A stretch of 64,000 bases of DNA from Candidatus Saccharimonadia bacterium (GTDB lineage Bacteria > Patescibacteriota > Saccharimonadia > UBA4664): positions 64,299-128,298 of the forward strand of contig DATKIP010000076.1 in NCBI GenBank assembly GCA_035544015.1. The letters are read 5' to 3'. This document shows positions 57,404-64,000 of the stretch, piece after piece. The notes under the pieces were generated by a model that was not told the DNA's origin, ran no database searches, and saw only the letters and a program-made list of their open reading frames with translations. The position numbers and the translations under genes were made by a program. Positions within the stretch are counted from its first letter, which is position 1; the number at the start of each line of letters is the position of its first letter.

Positions 57404-58381
57404 ATGAATCTAAAAATCGGTACCTTCAACCTCAACAACCTCTTTTCTCGCTTCAATTTTGAATTCCGCACAGAAGTGCCCGATCTCAAAGAAGGCAGCG
57501 TGGAGTTCAAGAAAGTGCAGAAGCTCGTCAGCGGCATGAATGAGGCCTCGGTGGAGTACGAAGGCGTCGCTCTCAAGCGCAAAGACCCGGCTGCGCGTCA
57601 GGCCGTGGTCCGCCGTATTGAAGAAATGGACCTCGATATCCTAGCCGTTCAGGAAGTAGAGGACATCGAAACCCTGCGCTTCTTCGTCAACCATGAGCTA
57701 GACACCAAGGGCATGTACCCCCACCTTATTCTGGTTGAAGGTAACGACCCCCGCCTCATCGACCTCGCCGTCTTGTCCAAGTACCCCATCGGCGCCGTTA
57801 CCACCTGGCAGCACGCCACCCACCCCGACAGTCCCGGCGAGCGCGTCTTTAGTCGTGATTTGCTCCAGGTCGAAGTCTTGAGTAAAAATCGCGATAAACG
57901 ACTCTGCACCATATTTAACAATCACCTCAAGAGTCACTTTGTCCGCTTCCCGGAAGACCAGACGGAAGGCGCGAAGAAAGCCAACCGCCGGCGCCAACAA
58001 CAAGCTGAAGTGATGGCCAAAATCATTGCCAAAGAAATGGACTCAGATGACCGCTTCGTCGTAGTGGGGGACATGAACGATCCGGTTGACTCGGAATTTC
58101 TAAAGCCTTTCACTCACAGCCCCCGAGTCAAGCTTATTAATGGGCTTGAGCACCCGACCGAAACCCGCCCCACACCCGAAAGTTCCTCGCCGCCGCCCGG
58201 CCCCGCCTGGACCCACCGCTTCAAGGAATCCGGCAAGCCTGCGCACTATGAGCTATTCGACCAGATTTGGCTGAGCGCCGCACTGGCCAAAGACCAAACC
58301 GGCGCCTTCATTGACCGCCGCACCAAGCTTGGTGGCGACGGCTCCGACCACGACCCGGCGTGGGTAGAGATAGCAATATAG
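57404..58381 (+). CDS. Endonuclease/exonuclease/phosphatase (EEP, DNase I-like) family protein
   Basis: Contains 'LKIGTFNLNNLF', 'ILAVQEVED' and the C-terminal 'GSDHDPAWVEI' catalytic His/Asp. Confidence 0.6.
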   Translation: MNLKIGTFNLNNLFSRFNFEFRTEVPDLKEGSVEFKKVQKLVSGMNEASVEYEGVALKRKDPAARQAVVRRIEEMDLDILAVQEVEDIETLRFFVNHELDTKGMYPHLILVEGNDPRLIDLAVLSKYPIGAVTTWQHATHPDSPGERVFSRDLLQVEVLSKNRDKRLCTIFNNHLKSHFVRFPEDQTEGAKKANRRRQQQAEVMAKIIAKEMDSDDRFVVVGDMNDPVDSEFLKPFTHSPRVKLINGLEHPTETRPTPESSSPPPGPAWTHRFKESGKPAHYELFDQIWLSAALAKDQTGAFIDRRTKLGGDGSDHDPAWVEIAI

Positions 58382-58554
58382 CCTAGTTGCGGACCGCCTT
58401 GAGCCCTAATCAGTAACTCCCATTTGTACTCAATAGGTTTTGAGTGCAGCAGATTGGGCGCTTGCCGTAGCTAAGCATCAAGCCTTGTAAACTAACCAGT
58501 TTTATGTTATTATAGTGGCGCTCAAATCGAGCATTTGACAACCCGGGAGATATC

Positions 58555-59181
58555 GTGACGCAAGGACTACGCAAGTGGCTCGGCCGCTGGTTCGCCCAGT
58601 ACGTCATGGGCGACTCGCCGCCGGCACCCCACAAGTCGTGGAGCTCCCTCAAGGCGGAGCTCGACAAGAAGTATGGTGGGTGGGACCGGCAGCATCCGTC
58701 CGCAAAACGCGCTCACTACCACCGAATGGAACGGGACTTCAACGACGAGACCAAGCAGATCGAGTGGTGCTTCAACAAGATGGGCGCTCTCCTGACCGCC
58801 ATCGGCATAGTCCTCACGGTCGCCAGCGTGATCGTCGCCGTCGCCCCAAGCCGACTGCATCGGATCAACCTGTGGACAGTGCTCGCCGGAGCTCTGCTCG
58901 TGGCGGCCTTCCTGCTGGATGGCTGGGGACTGTCGGCCCGCGGCAAGATCTATCGCAAACTCAAGGACCCTGGCCTAGCCGCAATGGTCGTCATGGCCGG
59001 CGATGTTGTCGCTGGCGAAGAGACAGTCCTCACTGACCCCATCGACGCCGACACCTACCACCTCTACAAATGGGTGTGGCACCGGAGCCGCATGCACAAC
59101 GCTATCGAGAAGCTGTTCACGGGTTCGTGGATCACTCTCGCTGGCGCAGTCGTACTGGCCCTGATAGGTGCCCTCGCCTAG
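58555..59181 (+). CDS. Membrane protein, function unknown (GTG start)
   Basis: Two or three TM segments; a GGGAGA RBS precedes the start. Confidence 0.35.
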   Translation: MTQGLRKWLGRWFAQYVMGDSPPAPHKSWSSLKAELDKKYGGWDRQHPSAKRAHYHRMERDFNDETKQIEWCFNKMGALLTAIGIVLTVASVIVAVAPSRLHRINLWTVLAGALLVAAFLLDGWGLSARGKIYRKLKDPGLAAMVVMAGDVVAGEETVLTDPIDADTYHLYKWVWHRSRMHNAIEKLFTGSWITLAGAVVLALIGALA

Positions 59182-59217
59182 GCGATCCCTCCCGGGTTCA
59201 CCGCACATAGTGCGGCA

Positions 59218-59308
59218 GCCCGTCCCCGCCGGCCTCCGAGCCGGACGGGGACGGGCACCCCAGCAATTATCCAATATAAAAAGACCCGGGCGATCCGGGT
59301 CTTTTTAA
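59218..59308. terminator. Tandem GC hairpin plus classic bidirectional rho-independent terminator (AAAAAGACCCGG-gcgat-CCGGGTCTTTTT)
   Basis: The structure is seen directly, between the convergent genes 58555..59181 (+) and 59326..60747 (-). Confidence 0.65.
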
Positions 59309-59325
59309 TGACCAGAGCAGATCGG

Positions 59326-60747
59326 CTATGGATTCCTAGAAGCACGCGACCCCGCGCCTTTCTGGTAGATACCGCTACTCTCCATCCTAAAATCAAAGTT
59401 CCGCACAAACTCGGGCACCGAATCATCATTCTCCCGAAACGGAATAGTGAGTCGTAGGTTGGGATGGAGTGTTCCCCTTAGCGTAAGTTTTTGGTCGGGG
59501 CGCTTGGAGCCGTTCTCAATCGGCACAGAGTCAATGTAGAGTTTTTCGTTCTCGGAATATATCTTTATCGCTTCGACCTTATTGAGCCTTGCTGGGTCAT
59601 ATGCGTGAGCTGGCGTCGGTTCCGGCGGCCTTAAGGTGCCCTTTTTAACTCGTTGCTCAACCAATTTCTTGAGCGCATCTTCTCCTTCATAAGCCCGCAA
59701 TCTGCCGGTCAAGTAGCCGAGCCGGTAGTAAACGCCGTCGTTCGTCAGCCGCCAGTTGCTCTCTTCTAACGTTTTAGTGATGAGTTTTCGCAAACTATTC
59801 TTGCTATCGTACTCTTGACGATCCGGCTTGGCATCAAGGCAGTTAAAGTCGACTACCACCTCCTTCCCGAGCTGGGGATCACCAAGTTTGAATTCGGTAT
59901 ATTGAGCCTTTTCAAGCACGGGTCGCAATGCTTCTATGAGCTGTGCGATCTTGAGCTGCTTTATGTCTTTGACTGCATCATATATATCCGCATGCTCGGT
60001 GCGTTCGGTAGCGTCTGCATAAAGCTTGCCTAAGCGCATCATGTGCTCAATCTTATCTTCAAGTTTGCGCATGGTGTCTTCATCGATGCAGAAGCGCTTG
60101 TAGTCCAGTTCATACAATGGGTCGGCGACCTCTTTCTCGGTTGATCTTTCCCTAAGATCAAGCGTTTCTTGATAGGTATGGTTGCATTCAATACAGGCAT
60201 ACGTTGAAATCAGCACGTTATTGGACTCTTTGTGAGTAATGGTCATTTCAGCTCGGCACTTCTCGCAATAAATCTTCACGCCTTCCCACTCAGCACCGTC
60301 TTCCCAATAGGTTTGCCGTTTGCTGCACGGCTCACAGGCTAAAATAAAAATCACGTCCTCACTATGGCGGTCTTTGCCCTCGCGGTGCATGTAGTATTTA
60401 TCCATGACTTCCATATTTCGGCCACAGCTACGGCAGAACGGCATTTTAGGTAGGTGAGCGTCGGCTAGATGGCGATCCTTCTGTCCGTCTCGTTCCATCC
60501 ATTCGGCAATAATTTTGTCGCGGCGATGATAGCGACTGGCCGCCGTGAATTCGACGAATTGCAGATAGTATTTGCTGTATTCTAGATACCAGGCAACCGG
60601 GCGCTCCTTGAACTCCGCAGCAGGGACTGTTTCCTCCAGTTTACGGAAGGTATCATTAAGGATACCTTCACCAGAACGGCACTGTTCGACAGTAGCGTGG
60701 TCGTAGAGGTCTTCGTAATGCTGACGATCTTCGAGGTAGGTGAGCAT
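59326..60747 (-). CDS. Zinc-ribbon-containing hypothetical protein (four CxxC pairs)
   Basis: Contains 'CRSCGRN', 'CEPCSK', 'CEKCRAE' and 'CIECNH'. 473 aa; no family recognised. Confidence 0.35.
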   Translation of the reverse strand: MLTYLEDRQHYEDLYDHATVEQCRSGEGILNDTFRKLEETVPAAEFKERPVAWYLEYSKYYLQFVEFTAASRYHRRDKIIAEWMERDGQKDRHLADAHLPKMPFCRSCGRNMEVMDKYYMHREGKDRHSEDVIFILACEPCSKRQTYWEDGAEWEGVKIYCEKCRAEMTITHKESNNVLISTYACIECNHTYQETLDLRERSTEKEVADPLYELDYKRFCIDEDTMRKLEDKIEHMMRLGKLYADATERTEHADIYDAVKDIKQLKIAQLIEALRPVLEKAQYTEFKLGDPQLGKEVVVDFNCLDAKPDRQEYDSKNSLRKLITKTLEESNWRLTNDGVYYRLGYLTGRLRAYEGEDALKKLVEQRVKKGTLRPPEPTPAHAYDPARLNKVEAIKIYSENEKLYIDSVPIENGSKRPDQKLTLRGTLHPNLRLTIPFRENDDSVPEFVRNFDFRMESSGIYQKGAGSRASRNP

Positions 60748-60922
60748 GATTATATTTTACAAATAATTTGCTTAGTTTTAGAGGCCACCTAGCTGGCTGG
60801 TCGGGGTCGTCAGGCAGTCCGTTTTTCGTATCGGAACCCACAGCTTTGGCCCCCTTCTTGTTATTTTTCTCACCCTCGCCACCCCTAGTGCTGACTGGTT
60901 TTACCTCAGACTCGGGCGCAAC

Positions 60923-61201
60923 GTGCTCCTTGGCATAATTTACTATCAGATGGCAGAATTTGACGAACGCGAGAACCAGAACCCTACCAGATATAAAAAA
61001 CTAGGCTACCAAATGAAACTTAAGGCTACCGAACTGGTAGTAAGAGAATTTGCTAAAAATGCTGATGTCATCAAGGCACTCGAAATACTGTCTGCTAGCG
61101 ACGCCTGCGTAAAATGCAGACCGATCAGCCGCGCTGAGATCAGCATTCATGAAGCTAAGGGAAAACGACCCGTACCCGTCGAAGATTGCCTCAATCCGTG
61201 A
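60923..61201 (+). CDS. Hypothetical small protein
   Basis: A 92-aa ORF. A GGGTGC-AGAT-GCACCC hairpin follows its stop codon. Confidence 0.25.
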   Translation: MLLGIIYYQMAEFDERENQNPTRYKKLGYQMKLKATELVVREFAKNADVIKALEILSASDACVKCRPISRAEISIHEAKGKRPVPVEDCLNP

Positions 61202-61459
61202 GGGTGCAGATGCACCCACACTCCAGTTGTAGCCTGAAATCGAGCCTAAGTGTCTGTGGAAAAACAAAAGGTAGGCGTTAAATAAAGGGTTAAGGATCAC
61301 ATTTAATTAGTCATTTATCCAAAAGCGGAAACTAGCACCTACCAGGTACCCTATCAAGAGCTTCAAATTAGAAAATTGCCTTATTGTGTGCAAAACGACA
61401 AACATCTTAAACTTATATTAAGTGGCCAATTTTGGCTCTAATAAGGAGGGTGTGGTATA

Positions 61460-64000
61460 TGGCTCGATTTCAGAAGCCCAAGGGAGGATATGTCGCCAGA
61501 TTTAAGGCGGCTCTTTTTATGCACAAGAAAGGGTGGCGGGTACTCAGGCGTACACCCAATACTCCTGCGCTATGGCATAAATCCCTCCACGTAACGGCTA
61601 TTATGGCGCTTTCACTGAATATTATCGCAACTGGGTTACCGTACCTCCTGACTCAATACAACGACGCCCAAGCTCGCATTCCGCACCCACTCGCTGCAAG
61701 CGAAAAAATCGACAACCCCCCTGCGGCTGACGCTGGGCTTGGGGCCAACAAGGCCGAGAGCCTTTCCGACGGCGTGAAGACACAATTGGCCGACCAGCTC
61801 AAAAAAGAACGGGACGGCAAACCCCGCGACACTCGCCATATCCAGGCATTAGATGAAGGGCGCAATGAGCACGATCGATTCTACCTGAACGCCGATGGAA
61901 CCAAATCGCTCGTGCGCAGCCTTCAGCCAACAAGCTTCAAAGACAAGGACGGGAACTGGCAAGACGTCGACACCTCTCTTGAGCAAGACAAATCATCAGG
62001 TAATTGGCACACCAAAGCTAACACCTGGCACGTCAATTTCGGGGATATTTCGGAAGAAGGTATCCAGATTGAAAAAGACGGACATACCTTTGCGTTTAAG
62101 CCAGTTAACGGCAAAAGCGTAAAGCCATCCATTTCGGGCGAGGCGCCCAACCAGGAAGTGACGTACCGGAATGTCTGGCAGGGCATCGACCTCAAATACG
62201 AAGTGTCGGGTGCGCAGCTTAAGGAAAGCATAATTGTTAAGAGTAGGCTTACCCAAACTGCTTTTGATTTCGACGCCATAGGAGCCAACTTAAGGCCCAA
62301 TCCGGATAAGGCTGGCTCGTACCTGCTCGACGGCGCATTTGCTGATTTCTCTATCGCATCGGCAACAATTGAAACTGCGAATGACTCAGCAATTGATGAC
62401 GCCAACATTTCTCAGTCCGCTAATAGCAATAATGTACACGTCGCGCTGGACTCTACCTGGCTGAAATCTCAATCTGTCGGTGCCTTCCCGATCATAATTG
62501 ACCCCACCCTCACATATGGCCCGGCCGCGCCCGCAGATTACTACAATTTCAGCTCCATTCCGTCCTCCTGTCATGGCTCAGTGGCCTGTGGCGGCCAAGC
62601 GATGGGCAACCAAGGCGGCAGCACCAATTGGCGCTTCGCCTTCAAGTCTGACCTAACGACAATCCCCACCAGCCCACAACAATTCCCGCTAGCGGCCAAC
62701 CTCCATCTCGAACTCAAGAGTGGGACTACAGCTTCTCAGCCAATTTCAGTTGATCATTCCACCTGCCAGACGGGCATGAGTTGCTACGATACATCATGGG
62801 ATACATCCACGGGTTCAATTGGCTCAGTGGGAGACATAGACGTAACGAACGTCTTTATAGGCGCCATGTGGCAGGGCGTTAACCAGCCTTGGTTCATGGT
62901 CCACGGCAACGAGGCCAGTGGCTCAAGCAGCTATAAGTTATTCGATGACACCAAAACCACCATCACAATTATTTATGAAGCTCTTCCGACCCAAAGTATT
63001 CTTGATACCACCAAAAATAATCCAGCCGATGGCGGCATAGCGGTGACCACGCAACCGACCTTCTTCTCCACGACCGCAACCGACTCGGATGGACCTGCGC
63101 CACTGCTGTATCGCTTTATCATCGGGACCAATAAAAACGTACCTGCGTACAACCCATATAATCTTTTCCAAAGCGTGGGCGGAATAGTGAGAGACTCCGG
63201 CCCAGCCGCATCTACCCAGTGGACAGTATCCGATAATGTTCTTCAAGATGGGACGACATATTACTGGCAAGTAAGCGTAAGGGATAGCCTGGCCAACACT
63301 CCGGAAAGGTACAGTCCTGCCTACTCGTTCAAGGTTGACCTCCGTAACGGCAAAGATGTCACGCAGGCCTCAGACTCTGTGGGGCCGGCAAGCATCGACC
63401 TCGCAAACGGTAATCTTGAAATGGGCGCTCAGAGCCATAACATTACGGCACTTGGCGGCAACCTCGGGATCAACCTCAGCTACAACTCCCCTCAGGTATC
63501 CCGTCAAGGTCTTATCGGGCAATATTGGAACGACAATGGATCGCATGCGTTCCCGTCTACAGCGCCGCTTTATCAGCGCGTTGATCCAAACGTCGACTTT
63601 AATTGGGGCACGGGTGGACCATACACCGGGGTCATTAACCAGGACAACTTCCTGGGCCGCTGGACGGGCTACTTTGTGGCGCCGCAGAATGGAACATATC
63701 AATTCGGCACCACTTCAGACGATGGCAGCCGGATTCGTTTAACCGCCGACTGCACCGGTAGTCCATACCTCGATCAATGGGGTAGTCTGCCCAATGATCT
63801 CTTTGGCGGCAGCGTAGTCCTCACCGCCGGCCAAATACAGCCGATTTGCTACGAGTACTATGAAGCCGCGGGTGCCGCCAACGCCCAATTGCGAGTCAAA
63901 ACTATTGATGCCCCGATCATCACCAGCAGACCAATCGACACCGCCTGGCTCCAAACCGGCGTCCGGCCCGTTGCGACACCGCACGGGCTTGTAGGTCGGT
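61460..64000 (+). CDS. Large PA14-domain-containing secreted surface/toxin-like protein, 3'-truncated by the window end
   Basis: The open frame runs from the ATG at 61460 (GGAGGG RBS) to the window edge, with all other frames closed. The PA14 motif 'FLGRWTGYFVAPQNGTYQFGTTSDDGSRIRL' is present. Absent from the ORF track only because no stop is reached. Confidence 0.6.

Noticed and set aside
1-64000. CRISPR arrays, rRNA and tRNA genes
   Set aside because: No regularly spaced direct repeats were seen, and no tRNA-like T-arm/acceptor signatures (e.g. GGTTCGAATCC) in the intergenic regions inspected, including those next to the serine recombinase.

Overview
High-GC (~65%) bacterial chromosomal segment, with embedded low-GC (~45-50%) patches. 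The core genome part (1-44.5 kb) encodes housekeeping functions (UvrA-like ABC ATPase, FolD, AhcY, a PfkB kinase, PurD, PyrC/D/E/F, NDH-2, a P-type ATPase), along with a putative small-molecule tailoring cluster (three SAM methyltransferases, a HisC-like aminotransferase and a GNAT-like enzyme). It also contains three paralogous sensor-kinase / receiver-only response-regulator pairs, two of which form duplicated 'GNAT-like acyltransferase -> 7TM histidine kinase -> stand-alone REC' modules. Two toxin-antitoxin pairs (HigB/HigA-like and RHH/PIN) are present, as are two copies of a ~103-bp hairpin-ended intergenic repeat whose core lies in opposite orientation at the two loci. From ~44.6 kb to at least 61.4 kb the sequence looks like an integrated mobile element: a large serine recombinase, a VirD4/TraD-like coupling ATPase, a replication-relaxation protein, an EEP nuclease, and a low-GC cargo of small genes with defence-type signatures (HKD/Nuc nuclease, TIR-like domain, HEPN-like Rx4H motifs, Schlafen/AlbA_2 domain) that form candidate uncharacterised anti-phage modules. 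The window ends inside a large PA14-domain surface or toxin-like protein. No rRNA, tRNA or CRISPR array was recognised. All calls are from reading the six-frame translations and the DNA by eye; no searches were run.
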